From: Octopus vulgaris
Taxonomy: Eukaryota
Direction of reading: 5' to 3'
NCBI GenBank assembly: GCA_951406725.2
Contig: OX597818.1
Span: forward strand, 104,532,001 to 104,596,000
DNA: 64,000 nucleotides
Part shown: piece after piece, positions 40,495 through 54,748 of the stretch
Layout of the letters: each line of letters opens with the position of its first letter
Numbering within the stretch: position 1 is the stretch's first letter
Made by a program: the position numbers and the translations under genes
The notes under the pieces: model-generated
The model's database searches: none
Seen by the model: only the letters and a program-made list of their open reading frames with translations
Told to the model about the DNA's origin: nothing

Positions 40495-40786
40495 CACGTG
40501 ATCACGTGACCGACCAGACCATCAGACGTTGCTACACATCGCTGGTCACAATGCGTTCGCATTGTTTTAGCCTTCGAATGACGCCAACTCACTGGCTAAG
40601 CGAGCAGGCCAACAGAAGAAAGGGTGGTGAAATAGTACAGCAGGGATCACCACCCTCTGCCGGAGCCTCGTGGAGCTTTTAGGTGTTTTCGCTCAATAAA
40701 CACACACAACGCCCGGTTTGGGAATCGAAACCGCGATCCTACAACCGCGAGTCCGCTGCCCTAACCACTAGGACATTGCGCCTCCA
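40495..40786 (-). mobile_element. SINE family C with a fourth tail type, in TA context
   Basis: Head at 40786-40715; tail ends ..GGTCGGTCACGTGATCACGTGA. Confidence 0.85.
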
Positions 40787-42099
40787 TATATATATGACCT
40801 GGCAGAATCGTTAGCACGTCAGGCAAAATGCTTAATGACATTTCGTCCGTTTCTGCGTTCTGAGTTCAAATTCTGCCCAGGTCGACCGACGATATATATA
40901 TATATACGTGTCTTTTGTTTGTCATGTTATATTACAAGATATTGATTATATAATTAATAATATGAATAGGATTAGATCTAAACTTCTTTAAATATGATAC
41001 TGATACGATGGCCTCGATTTTACTACGTTATTTCTGTTTCGGACATGCAATCAGCATTAACGGATGTGTAAGTGGTGATGCTATTGGTGGATATACGTCT
41101 TAAAGATATTGTCTATTGCTGAATCTGCCATAATTTCTAATGATATAAATGTGCTTGAGAAGTCATTGTTTTTCTTGAGCCCTAAATACATTGTAGTTTG
41201 ATCAGATCATATAATCCAGAAGTTCTAACTATAACAACGCCGCCTTTTAAAAATACGTTGAAAAAGAAGTTATCCTATGTCTCGTTTCCTCATTTGTTTG
41301 AGTATGACATGAAATCGTATCGAAACACTATAGAGAGATGCCCACACGTTGGCTTGTATAGCAAAGACGTAGATCGATGAAAGGCAATCACATAAATTCA
41401 TATTCTAATCAATATTATCAAACAGTACAAGAGCAGTGAATAGCAGAATCTCTCTTAAACGGTGAGTAGTAGAATTGGTCGATAATATATTTTACTGCTT
41501 AAGCTTAAATCTCAACGAAGTCGTCACTGTTGCCTATTGAAGGGTATCTACTAAGCATTAGGTTTGAGCTTCATGTACTACATCATTTTAAAGCGTTTTG
41601 AGGGCTAATAGTAACATGTAATATAGTGCATCCTATTACATTAACATGTCTGTCATTTGAGACTTCAGTTGTATTATCACAAAGCTAGACAAGGGAGGGC
41701 GGTTGCTGAACAAAGAGGTGACCTTGCGTCCAGTCAGTCCCACCGCGTGCAATCTTGGGAAAGTGTCTTCTACTATAGCAGCGGGCCGGTCAAACCCTTG
41801 CGATTGGATTTCGTAGACGGAAACTCAAAGAAGCCCATCGTATATATGTGAGTCTGTGTGTGTGTATGCTTATGTATATATTTTGTGCTGTGTTTGGTCA
41901 CCCTCCATAGAACTAAAACAAGTGTTGGTTTGTTTACGAGCCTGTAACATAACTATTCTACATAAAAACTGATAGAACCAGGCTTAAGTAATGAGCATTG
42001 ACGTAAATTTGTCCGCCTAAAATCTTAGGGGCGGTGACCTACCATGCACTGTGTCCAATGACTTAAGCACATAAAGTATAAACGAAATATGTACACACA

Positions 42100-42191
<92 letters not shown>

Positions 42192-42253
42192 TATATGTGT
42201 GTGTGTGATATCTATCTATCTATATATCTATCTCTCTCTATATATATAAATAT

Positions 42254-42301
<48 letters not shown>

Positions 42302-42586
42302 GGCTGAGAAAGAGAGTGTGTGTAAATATGTGTATGCATGTGCGCATGCGTATGTTTATACACGTGTGTGTGCATATATATATATAGATACATAGAAACA
42401 TACATACGTACATACAAACAAAATTACTCTGTTGTTGATGTTGAAATTCCAATGAAGGAGCCTTGGATCTAGGTTAGAAACCGCTTCTTTCTCTACTACC
42501 AAGAAATCTTGAAATATACTCAATAATGCCATACATACATAAGCAGGCATAACTGCAAAGATATATGTGTGGGTGGGGGTATGTTG

Positions 42587-42620
<34 letters not shown>

Positions 42621-42627
<7 letters not shown>

Positions 42628-45600
42628 CAACAATTGAGGGTAAAATTAATTAATTATTAATCAATTTCACCAAGTGTTCAGTATGCAAAGGGACCATTTA
42701 AGGTGAATTCAAATTATTACATTATATAAAAGGGCTTAGTAAAATAAATTACTTCGCCGCATACTGAACTCATTAGAGATAGCAGCTAAAAAACTTTTTT
42801 AAAGCTATTTCTAATACTTAAAGAAAATCTCTCTCATATATAGTGTTTGCTTAATTCAACTCACAAAAGTTTGGGGGGTAAGGACATCAAAAAATCAAAT
42901 GCTAAGATTATTTGAGTACGTACGTTTCAAGATTAGTCAAAACAACATTTCTATCTTCAGCTCAGAAATTCCTTGGTTTGGATTTGGAAACACTGAAAGT
43001 AAGAACATACCCTTTCGAAGATTCGCTCGTTACTAACAGTGCCAACGAACCCAAAATAAGCAAGTGAAGAATTTCTGTTCTCCCCTTTCCACCAGCGTGG
43101 GTTAAAATCATCAAACGCTATGCTTATTTCGGTAAAATCCGAAGCATTAATTAGAGGGAGATTAATTATAATTTCAACAATTGAGGGTAAAATTAATTAA
43201 TTATTAATCAATTTCACCAAGTGTTCAGTATGCAAAGGGACCATTTAAGGTGAATTCAAATTATTACATTATATAAAAGGGCTTAGTAAAATAAATTACT
43301 TCGCCGCATACTGAACTCATTAGAAATAGCAGCTAAAAAACTTTTTTAAAGCTATTTCTAATACTTAAAGAAAATCTCTCTCATATATAGTGTTTGCTTA
43401 ATTCAACTCACAAAAGTTTGGGGGTAAGGACATCAAAAAATCAAATGCTAAGGTTATTTGAGTACGTACGTTTCAAGATTAGTCAAAACAACATTTCTAT
43501 CTTCAGCTCAGAAATTCCTTGGTTTGGATTTGGAATATAATGTAATAATTTGAATTCACCTTAAATGGTCCCTTTGCATACTGAACACTTGGTGAAATTG
43601 ATTAATAATTAATTAATTTTACCCTCAATTGTTGAAATTATAATTAATCTCCCTCTAATTAATGCTTCGGATTTTACCGAAATAAGCATAGCGTTTGATG
43701 ATTTTAACCCACGCTGGTGGAAAGGGGAGAACAGAAATTCTTCACTTGCTTATTTTGGGTTCGTTGGCACTGTTAGTAACGAGCGAATCTTCGAAAGGGT
43801 ATGTTCTTACTTTCAGTGTTTCCAAATCCAAACCAAGGAATTTCTGAGCTGAAGATAGAAATGTTGTTTTGACTAATCTTGAAACGTACGTACTCAAATA
43901 ACCTTAGCATTTGATTTTTTGATGTCCTTACCCCCAAACTTTTGTGAGTTGAATTAAGCAAACACTATATATGAGAGAGATTTTCTTTAAGTATTAGAAA
44001 TAGCTTTAAAAAGTTTTTTAGCTGCTATTTCTAATGAGTTCAGTATGCGGCGAAGTAATTTATTTTACTAAGCCCTTTTATATAATGTAATAATTTGAAT
44101 TCACCTTAAATGGTCCCTTTGCATACTGAACACTTGGTGAAATTGATTAATAATTAATTAATTTTACCCTCAATTGTTGAAATTATAATTAATCTCCTTC
44201 TAATTAATGCTTCGGATTTTACCGAAATAAGCATAGCGTTTGATGATTTTAACCCACGCTGGTGGAAAGGGGAGAACAGAAATTCTTCACTTGCTTATTT
44301 TGGGTTTGTTGGCACTGTTAGTAACGAGCGAATCTTCGAAAGGGTATGTTCTTACTTTCAGTGTTTCCAAATCCAAACCAAGGAATTTCTGAGCTGAAGA
44401 TAGAAATGTTGTTTTGACTAATCTTGAAACGTACGTACTCAAATAACCTTAGCATTTGATTTTTTGATGTCCTTACCCCCAAACTTTTGTGAGTTGAATT
44501 AAGCAAACACTATATATGAGAGAGATTTTCTTTAAGTATTAGAAATAGCTTTAAAAAAGTTTTTTAGCTGCTATTTCTAATGAGTTCAGTATGCGGCGAA
44601 GTAATTTATTTTACTAAGCCCTTTTATATAATGTAATAATTTGAATTCGCCTTAAATGGTCCCTTTGCATACTGAACACTTGGTGAAATTGATTAATAAT
44701 TAATTAATTTTACCCTCAATTGTTGAAATTATAATTAATCTCCCTCTAATTAATGCTTCGGATTTTACCGAAATAAGCATAGCGTTTGATGATTTTAACC
44801 CACGCTGGTGGAAAGGGGAGAACAGAAATTCTTCACTTGCTTATTTTGGGTTGTTGGCACTGTTAGTAACGAGCGAATCTTCGAAAGGGTATGTTCTTAC
44901 TTTCAGTGTTTCCAAATCCAAACCAAGGAATTTCTGAGCTGAAGATAGAAATGTTGTTTTGACTAATCTTGAAACGTACGTACTCAAATAACCTTAGCAT
45001 TTGATTTTTTGATGTCCTTACCCCCAAACTTTTGTGAGTTGAATTAAGCAAACACTATATATGAGAGAGATTTTCTTTAAGTATTAGAAATAGCTTTAAA
45101 AAAGTTTTTTAGCTGCTATTTCTAATGAGTTCAGTATGCGGCGAAGTAATTTATTTTACTAAGCCCTTTTATATAATGTAATAATTTGAATTCACCTTAA
45201 ATGGTCCCTTTGCATACTGAACACTTGGTGAAATTGATTAATAATTAATTAATTTTACCCTCAATTGTTGAAATTATAATTAATCTCCTTCTAATTAATG
45301 CTTCGGATTTTACCGAAATAAGCATAGCGTTTGATGATTTTAACCCACGCTGGTGGAAAGGGGAGAACAGAAATTCTTCACTTGCTTATTTTGGGTTCGT
45401 TGGCACTGTTAGTAACGAGCGAATCTTCGAAAGGGTATGTTCTTACTTTCAGTGTTTCCAAATCCAAACCAAGGAATTTCTGAGCTGAAGATAGAAATGT
45501 TGTTTTGACTAATCTTGAAACGTACGTACTCAAATAACCTTAGCATTTGATTTTTTGATGTCCTTACCCCCAAACTTTTGTGAGTTGAATTAAGCAAACA

Positions 45601-47359
45601 CTATATATGAGAGAGATTTTCTTTAAGTATTAGAAATAGCTTTAAAAAAGTTTTTTAGCTGCTATTTCTAATGAGTTCAGTATGCGGCGAAGTAATTTAT
45701 TTTACTAAGCCCTTTTATATAATGTAATAATTTGAATTCACCTTAAATGGTCCCTTTGCATACTGAACACTTGGTGAAATTGATTAATAATTAATTAATT
45801 TTACCCTCAATTGTTGAAATTATAATTAATCTCCCTCTAATTAATGCTTCGGATTTTACCGAAATAAGCATAGCGTTTGATGATTTTAACCCACGCTGGT
45901 GGAAAGGGGAGAACAGAAATTCTTCACTTGCTTATTTTGGGTTTGTTGGCACTGTTAGTAACGAGCGAATCTTCGAAAGGGTATGTTCTTACTTTCAGTG
46001 TTTCCAAATCCAAACCAAGGAATTTCTGAGCTGAAGATAGAAATGTTGTTTTGACTAATCTTGAAACGTACGTACTCAAATAACCTTAGCATTTGATTTT
46101 TTGATGTCCTTACCCCCAAACTTTTGTGAGTTGAATTAAGCAAACACTATATATGAGAGAGATTTTCTTTAAGTATTAGAAATAGCTTTAAAAAAGTTTT
46201 TTAGCTGCTATTTCTAATGAGTTCAGTATGCGGCGAAGTAATTTATTTTACTAAGCCCTTTTATATAATGTAATAATTTGAATTCACCTTAAATGGTCCC
46301 TTTGCATACTGAACACTTGGTGAAATTGATTAATAATTAATTAATTTTACCCTCAATTGTTGAAATTATAATTAATCTCCTCTAATTAATGCTTCGGATT
46401 TTACCGAAATAAGCATAGCGTTTGATGATTTTAACCCACGCTGGTGGAAAGGGGAGAACAGAAATTCTTCACTTGCTTATTTTGGGTTGTTGGCACTGTT
46501 AGTAACGAGCGAATCTTCGAAAGGGTATGTTCTTACTTTCAGTGTTTCCAAATCCAAACCAAGGAATTTCTGAGCTGAAGATAGAAATGTTGTTTTGACT
46601 AATCTTGAAACGTACGTACTCAAATAACCTTAGCATTTGATTTTTTGATGTCCTTACCCCGAAACTTTTGTGAGTTGAATTAAGCAAACACTATATATGA
46701 GAGAGATTTTCTTTAAGTATTAGAAATAGCTTTAAAAAAGTTTTTTACCTGCTATTTCTAATGAGTTCAGTATGCGGCGAAGTAATTTATTTTACTAAGC
46801 CCTTTTATATAATGTAATAATTTGAATTCACCTTAAATGGTCCCTTTGCATACTGAACACTTGGTGAAATTGATTAATAATTAATTAATTTTACCCTCAA
46901 TTGTTGAAATTATAATTAATCTCCCTCTAATTAATGCTTCGGATTTTACCGAAATAAGCATAGCGTTTGATGATTTTAACCCACGCTGGTGGAAAGGGGA
47001 GAACAGAAATTCTTCACTTGCTTATTTTGGGTTCGTTGGCACTGTTAGTAACGAGCGAATCTTCGAAAGGGTATGTTCTTACTTTCAGTGTTTCCAAATC
47101 CAAACCAAGGAATTTCTGAGCTGAAGATAGAAATGTTGTTTTGACTAATCTTGAAACGTACGTACTCAAATAACCTTAGCATTTGATTTTTTGATGTCCT
47201 TACCCCCAAACTTTTGTGAGTTGAATTAAGCAAACACTATATATGAGAGAGATTTTCTTTAAGTATTAGAAATAGCTTTAAAAAAGTTTTTTAGCTGCTA
47301 TTTCTAATGAGTTCAGTATGCGGCGAAGTAATTTATTTTACTAAGCCCTTTTATATAAT
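42621..47359. repeat. ~545-bp tandem array in (TA)n: 1.7 copies on - (42621-43535) joined head-to-head to 7.0 copies on + (43536-47359); retrozyme-like / non-autonomous Penelope-dependent element
   Basis: Near-identical monomers (period 544-547); inversion junction GGATTTGGAA|TATAATGTAA at 43535/43536; (TA)n on both outer flanks. The repeat structure is certain; the retrozyme label is inferred. Confidence 0.95.
43835..43905 (+). ncRNA. Type I hammerhead-like motif in each array monomer (first + copy shown; 7 on +, 2 on -)
   Basis: TGAG-CTGAAGA-T-AGA..TCT-T-GAAA-C-GTAC-G-TA|CTCA: stem I TGAG/CTCA extendable to AAGG/CCTT, intact CUGANGA and GAAA boxes, palindromic stem III loop, GUA site at 43890-43892. 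Stem II closes with a non-canonical U-U. Confidence 0.65.
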
Positions 47360-47380
47360 ATATATATATATATATATATA

Positions 47381-47737
47381 CAGGAGTGGCTGTGTGTTAA
47401 GTAGCTTGCTTACCAACCACATGGCTCTGGGTTCATTTTCACTGCGTGGCACCTTGGGCAAGTGTCTTCTGCTATAGCCTCGGGCCGGCCAAATCCTTGT
47501 GAGTGGATTTGGTAGACAGAAACTGAAAGAAGCCCGTATATATATATATATATATATGTATCTGTGTTTGTGTTTGCCTCCCCAAAATCGCTTGACAACC
47601 GATGGTGTTGTGTTTACCTCCCCGTAACTTAGCGGTTCGGCAAAAATGACCGGTAGAATAAGTACTAGGCTTACAAAGAATAAGTCCTGGAGTCGATTTG
47701 CTCGACTAATGGCTGAAACAAGTAAAAGAGTAAAAGA
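47381..47737 (+). mobile_element. SINE family A
   Basis: Family A head, body and tail immediately after the (TA)n flanking the array. Confidence 0.88.
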
Positions 47738-48321
47738 ATCTATATATATGCTTCAATATACATTCCTGTGCAGAAACATATGTTGATATACGTATATAAC
47801 GTGCATACATAAACATATATAAACATATATTTGTGTATGAGTGTGTGCATGTGCGCGCGTATATTTTTGTTTGTGTGTGTGCATATGTATGTATGTGTGT
47901 GTGTGAATTCTTGATCTCGAGAAAATCTTATTTGGCGTTGATACCAGTTGCATAAAATACGATCAGTGTACCTTAAAGCGGTAGTTTGAAGAGATTAAGA
48001 ATTTATTTTGTATGAAAGAAAGAGTGAAAACTGGATCAAGTGCTAGACTCTGTCTACTTTATGAAACACCGGACAGGAGAAAAGTAAAGTTGCTATCAAT
48101 GATATCTGAAATGAAAGCAATCATCGCTGGAACACACATCACAATGTATATTGTCTTATGCTCTAAAAATTCTGCCTATTTGCTGCCTAATACATATAAA
48201 TTCGTACATATAATTAATATATTATAACTGGCACTCTAGCTAAGTGATAACAAGATTGATCGATGACAGAACAGGCGATCTATTGATCGATCGACATACA
48301 AATAAATAGATAGATAGATAT

Positions 48322-48385
<64 letters not shown>

Positions 48386-48389
48386 TTTA

Positions 48390-48450
<61 letters not shown>

Positions 48451-48486
48451 CGGATAGATAGATGGGTAGTTTAATAGATAGATGGG

Positions 48487-48581
<95 letters not shown>

Positions 48582-49628
48582 GTAGGTAGGTAGGTAGGTA
48601 GATGGGTAGTTTAATAGATAGGTACAGACAAATGGGTAGTTTAATAGATTGATAGATAGATGGGTAGTTTAATAGATAGGTAGACAGACAGAAAGTGGGG
48701 AGACTAATGATACATAATGAGTGCACGCTATTGACATAACTTCAAGGAATTCAAGTGGCCAATGAGTTTCTCTCGATCAATTTCTACCATATTGGATAAA
48801 TTAATCTTTAGCCTCAAGTGCTTACAGATGTAAAGAATAGAGACACATTATCAAGTCTAACATATGTTGTATAAAGTTGAATAGTTGAATATATAGATGA
48901 AGAGACGAGTATTTCGTTAGATTCAAAGTCGGAGAAGGTGGGAATAAGTTGGAGAAGGTGGGGGTCACACAGGGAGAATAACACACATACTATTTGATGA
49001 TATTGATTAAGATTGGAACGACTGTGATTTTATCTACTTTAACGACACACTTACGCCATCTTTACAACTCAGCAATATCGCTGAAATCGCTGACTGTTGT
49101 TGGCAACCGAGGACATAACTCTCACCAAATTATGCCCTCCTTTCTTCTGATTTTTTTTTTTTATTATTTTGCATGAAGTGGGAGAGAGTAACGAAGTGAA
49201 TAATAGAGGTCCAGACGGCCTAATTTTGTTTCTAATTCATTATCAAGTTGATAAATTCACATTAATTAGATTATACAGACAAATTTCCATGCTTTCTGTG
49301 TGCGAAGTTCGCGTCACAACGGGTTTGACATTGCTACTCACCCTTGTGATGGTGAGGAGCGGTGAATACAGCAATATTACAGTAGGATGGGAGCGGTTGA
49401 TTGGTAGAGTTTTCCCCCATCTGACGAAGAAACGATGTTCAAAATAACAATAATAGTATTGTGTAACTCGTAACAGTTGTGCGTTGATAAACCGATCACG
49501 TCCACACACCTAAAGTGAAAAGAGGTCCCGGGCACATCAAAGCCTTGTGAGTGGACTTCGTAGACCAAAACGTAAACAGACCCGTTATGTGTGTATGTGT
49601 GTGTGTGTGTGTGCATATACACACACGT

Positions 49629-49660
<32 letters not shown>

Positions 49661-52401
49661 ACACATATATATTTACAGCAAAACACTTCTTTTCATGTCC
49701 ACTCTGCTGTAAAGTTGGGATAACACCGTGATACTCCGACGCTCGGTTCAAAGAGATTGTCAGTGTGCTGGCATCATTGTCAGGGAGATGGCATTATTCA
49801 AAAGCTAGAACAAGGCAAGAACCGCATTTTGATCAGAACTGATATCAAAATCATTGCAGTTAACATCATCATCATTAAAAAAAAATCTAAAACTACACAA
49901 TTTAGAGCGGTAAGGTTACAACTGCACTGAATATGGTTATTTCATCTTAAATATCGAATGGCTGCGTATTCTTGCTCTGACGTTGTTTTCAACAACAGCA
50001 GCAGAAGGCTTTTTGTTATCCGAAAAAAAAAATTACTTTTTACATCAGGTTTTTCTCATTTATTTGCTATACAATTATACCAGTTAACTTAATTGTCTTC
50101 CCAACTCAATGAAATATTTAAAACAAACATTGCACAACTCCTTCATGAAGTTCACTAACGAATTATGAATCATATACGTGTGTATATATATATATATATA
50201 TATATATGCGTGTGTGTGTGCGTGTGTATGTATGTGTGTAAGCATAGAAAATGTATATATATGCGTACACAAGGAGTTTATAATTGTATGAAAACTGAAT
50301 GAGTTTTCATTCAATGAATTGTAAAATGTTTCTAATTACTTCCTTGTGTTTTAGAAGAGAATTACATCACTTCATATGTAATTACATCACAAATATATGC
50401 ATCTTTGAATGTGTATACATAGATATATGTGTGTGCGTGTGCGTGTGTCTCTATGTGTATGTTTGTATATACTAATATTGATATATGTGTTCATATCTCT
50501 CTCTCTCTCTCTCTCTCTCTGTATATATATATATATATATAGTATGTATATATATATATATATATATGAAACTATATATTATATACATATATATTATATA
50601 TATATATATACATGTGTGTGTGTGTGTGTGTATGTGTGTGTGTGTGTGTGTGTGTGAGTTTATGATAAGAATTCCCAGCTTGTTAGTGAATTTAATGCAA
50701 TAAATTGCTAAATGTTTGTTTTCGTACATTCAGACGCAAACACACGTATGTACATACGCAAACACATACACACACACATAAATACACACTCATACACACG
50801 CATGCTCGTATAGATATGATACTCTGACACTTAAATAGATTGATAGATAGATGTATATACCGATGAGGTAGATAGATATAGTCATACATACATTCGTATA
50901 TTCGATACATACATATTTATACCGCTCATACATATTTGACTAAGCCACGACTATTTCTGCGAACGTACATATGCCTGTGAGACTCTATGGCGTTCGCGTT
51001 TATACGTGAAAGAAATTGTTGTAAATCTTTTATTCCATCTGTTTCAATTATTAATCAGAGTTAGGGCTCTCTCCTAAAAAGTCAAACTTACCAAAGTGGC
51101 GAGTCAAAAGACAATAAACAGACAACTTCCAGTCCAGCTTGATAGAGATTCTGGCTCCACAGGAATAAGATTGCTATAGATATTATTCTAATTTTCGAAC
51201 GTTACTATCTTCATTTTCTTCTTCGTATAGCCATATCTCCATTTCATATCCCAATCTGTTTGCATAATTTGAACTTACCATTTATTTCAAGGCGAACAGG
51301 CACCAATAACGAAAAGCTAAAAGCCACAAAACTTGTGTTCTGTCGTATTTATGTCGCTTTATACGTGTTTGGAAGAATATCATGCAAACTCCTGGGAATA
51401 TCTAACGGTAGAAATGAAGGAGATGTCTCTACGAACAGTATGTAATAAAAAGTCTCATTTCGGCAGAACTTCATGGATCAAAGCCAATTCTTTGAATATT
51501 ATTTTTATTTGTTTTTATTCTTCTATTTTTCATATGTATATATATATATACGTTTTTATTAATTTATTTCTTTATTTCGTAAATCAATTGCGACCAACAA
51601 TGGCTATTTAAAGCAATTAGTATTCTGAATATTGCCAGCAGAATGTAGAAAAACAACAAAAAGACGTCTCTGCTATTATTACTGCTATTGTGTTCCTCGA
51701 TGTTGATGCTGCTGCTGCTGTTCTTGTTGTTATTGTTGCTGCTGCTTTCGATGACGAAGAATATGATGAATTTGATGATAAAGTATACGATTATGAGGAT
51801 AATGGTGATGATGATGATGCTAATGATGATGATCATGACGATGGTGGTGGTGGTGGTGGTGGTGATAGTATTGCAAGGATACTACTGCTGCTTCTGATGA
51901 TGATAGCAATGATGAGGAATAGGAAGTGGAGGAGGAATAGGAGGATAGGTTGTAACGGTGGTTCTAGCAGTGGTGTGAGGAATATGGCGGTAGGTGCGGG
52001 AGGAAAGACACGTATGAATAGAATAGTCGTCATCATATTTCCAAAATAATCTGAAATGAAAATGGAATTATGACAGTTAATGCCTTTTCTAATAACATTA
52101 AGGGGAATAAAATAGATGAAATTTAAGTGAGTTGAGCTGATTTGTTTGCTTGTTTAGTTATTTCATTTTTGATTAATTCAGCATCCGAACAGTTAACCAT
52201 CTTTTGTGTATTCTAACTGGATGTAGACATGGCATTACAAGAGAATTTTACATGATTTCCGCTTCCATCAGTTCTTCATTTTGTACGTATTCTTTTGTTC
52301 CTTTACTTGTTTCAGTCATTATGACTGCGGCCATGCTGGAGCATAGCCTTGAAGAGTATTAGTCGAAGTGATCGGTTTTGTATTATTTTTCCTATATATA
52401 T

Positions 52402-53600
52402 ATCAGGCTGAGTAAAAACTAAGCAACATTTTGAAACATGAAATTCATCACAATATCTTCCAACAATGTTGATATTTTATTCATCAAAGTATTACCATTA
52501 CAATCAACACGTTTTTGCCAACGTGTTACAAGTTTGTTTTTTCCGGTAACATAAAAATCTGGAGTTCTGGAGCTGATGAACTCTTTGAACACACTTTCAT
52601 CATTGGTTTCATTGTTGAACCTCTTCTCTCGCAGAAAACCATCAAAGTGCTTGAAAAAGGAGTAGTCGGTAGGAGAAAGGTATGTGGAATAAGCTCAGAT
52701 TTAGGGAAGGTTTTTGGTACTTTATTTTTGGTCCAACCACTGCGAAGAACGTTTTTATTATTGTACAGAATCTACTTTTAATTGCAAGTTACAATACGGT
52801 AGAGAAATGGATTGGTCTGGTTACAAAGAAGCGACGAGGACATTTCATATCTGCACATTTTCTGAATTTTATTCAAATCGTGTAATACATATTTGTCGAG
52901 TTTTTTTTTTTTTTATCGCACGCACATGGTTGCAGGCAGTTTTCTGACTAACTTGAAGTCTTTTTTTGTCAGTTTTCGAGTGATTTTACGCGGATCTTTC
53001 TCAATGACGGTCTGTAATTGACCGTAACCGAAGACACATGGGCGTCCACTGCACTCATGATCTTCAAGGCTCACTTCTCTGCTGCGAAATCGTTTAAACC
53101 ATTTCCGAGCTGACGATTCACTGGTCATTTCTTCACCAACTTTTTTCAGCGGCCTTACGTTCTTTTTTTAAGTTGAATAGCAAAATTACATCAATATCGT
53201 ACTTTGACAGTTCCATTTCGGGTGATTGTAACAATGGTGAAAAATATATCAATGTTAATTGATTGATGCATTTGGAAAGGCGGCAAACTGGCAGAAACAT
53301 TAGCACCCCGGGCGAAATGCTTAGCAGTGTTTCGTCTGTCATTACGTTCTGAGTTCAAATTCCAACGAGGTCGACTTTGCCTTTCATCCTTTCGGGATCG
53401 ATAAATTAAGTACCAGTTGCGTACCACAAAATGTCGGGCCTTGTGCCTAGAGTAGAAAAGGAATTATTGATGCATTTGGGCAAATCTATGTATTATCAGA
53501 CAATTGCAAAAATATGTTTAAAAAAGAATTCAAAACTCTGCAGAAATCCGGTACAAATTCTTCACGGTTCAAAACGTTGCTTACTTTTGAACCACACAGT
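52402..53600 (-). mobile_element. Decayed, internally deleted mariner transposon with nested SINE B (53279-53461)
   Basis: HTH region SARKWFKRFRSREVSLEDHECSGRP; C-terminus AYSTYLSPTDYSFFKHFD..KLVTRWQKRVDCNG; TIR cores AAAACTAAGCAACATTTTGAA / TTCAAAACGTTGCTTACTTTT; SINE flanked by TSD ATTGATGCATTTGG. Confidence 0.88.
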
Positions 53601-53899
53601 CATGTCTGTACTTCAGTCTCTTCGGGGAGAGCACACAGAATTGAACAAGTAGACTCTATCATCATGTAATATTTATTCTCCTCCGTTGGGTCTTAATGTT
53701 GCCAAACCAAACTTAGTAACATATTCAACGGAATATGTAAATAGATTTTGTCGTCTTGTGTGTGTGAGTGTGTTTGTGTATATATATTAATGTTTTGTAT
53801 CTTTTCTATAAGATCTTTTATATTTACTTATACATAACGAATTACGACGTTTTCATTTCTTTTAACGATTTGTTTTCATTTCCTGGAAGATGAATGTCG

Positions 53900-54420
53900 T
53901 TGTAAACGTCTTAAGTAAGGTTTTCAAACGCTTAAAACCACTTTCTCTCTCCTCTTTCCACTTTATGTACATAGAGTATTTATTAGCTTTGACTGGTGTA
54001 TTCACGTCTACAAATATCATTCCAAATCTCATCTAATACTTTATATCTGGATGTCATCGTAGGCCATCTATAGCGACCATGCCTTCCGCTTTATTTTGGC
54101 GTTGAGGAGTTATTTTCTGTACCATTTGTGTCTTATTCTAAACCTCTGCTGACACTTTTATTACATGTTGATATGTTGTTTTTGCTCCTGAGATATTTAA
54201 ATACCTTATTTGTATCTAGATCTTTTATTTTCTGATTTATATCAGACTTGGCATAGGTTTATTTAATAAATATCTGCCTCGATTCTTTGGCAATATTGCA
54301 GCTGAAGGCGTTCGCCTATACAACAGAATTTCCAAACGATTCTCTGATTTTCTATGGATTTCGATATTTTCTTTGTGCTTCGGTGTGATTTATTTTCCTT
54401 TTTTCACTTCTATGTATACA
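53900..54420 (-). mobile_element. Possible very old R4-like RT fragment
   Basis: Weak remnants IKDLDTNKVFKYL and LNAKIK; many stops. Confidence 0.3.
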
Positions 54421-54504
54421 AACCATTTGTGAATACACCAAAAAGATTATATCTGTTTTATATTTCTATATAAAATATAATAGCCTATATATATACATAT
54501 ATAA

Positions 54505-54580
<76 letters not shown>

Positions 54581-54707
54581 GTATATATAATTTATACTTA
54601 TATATATACACATATATTTATATATATATATATAAATATATATACACATATATTTATATACATAAATATATATGCATACATATGTATATATACACATATA
54701 TATATAT

Positions 54708-54748
<41 letters not shown>

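Noticed and set aside
43773-47233. 62-aa ORF repeated in each array monomer
   Set aside because: Non-ATG (TTG) start, antisense to the hammerhead, frameshifted in the first copy (extra G near 42873), no recognisable motif; identity simply reflects the repeat.
51690-52049. Acidic/Gly-rich 119-aa ORF (similarly 20865-21162 and 27258-27887)
   Set aside because: Decayed trinucleotide repeats (GAT/GGT/GCT/ATT); no splice or homology support.
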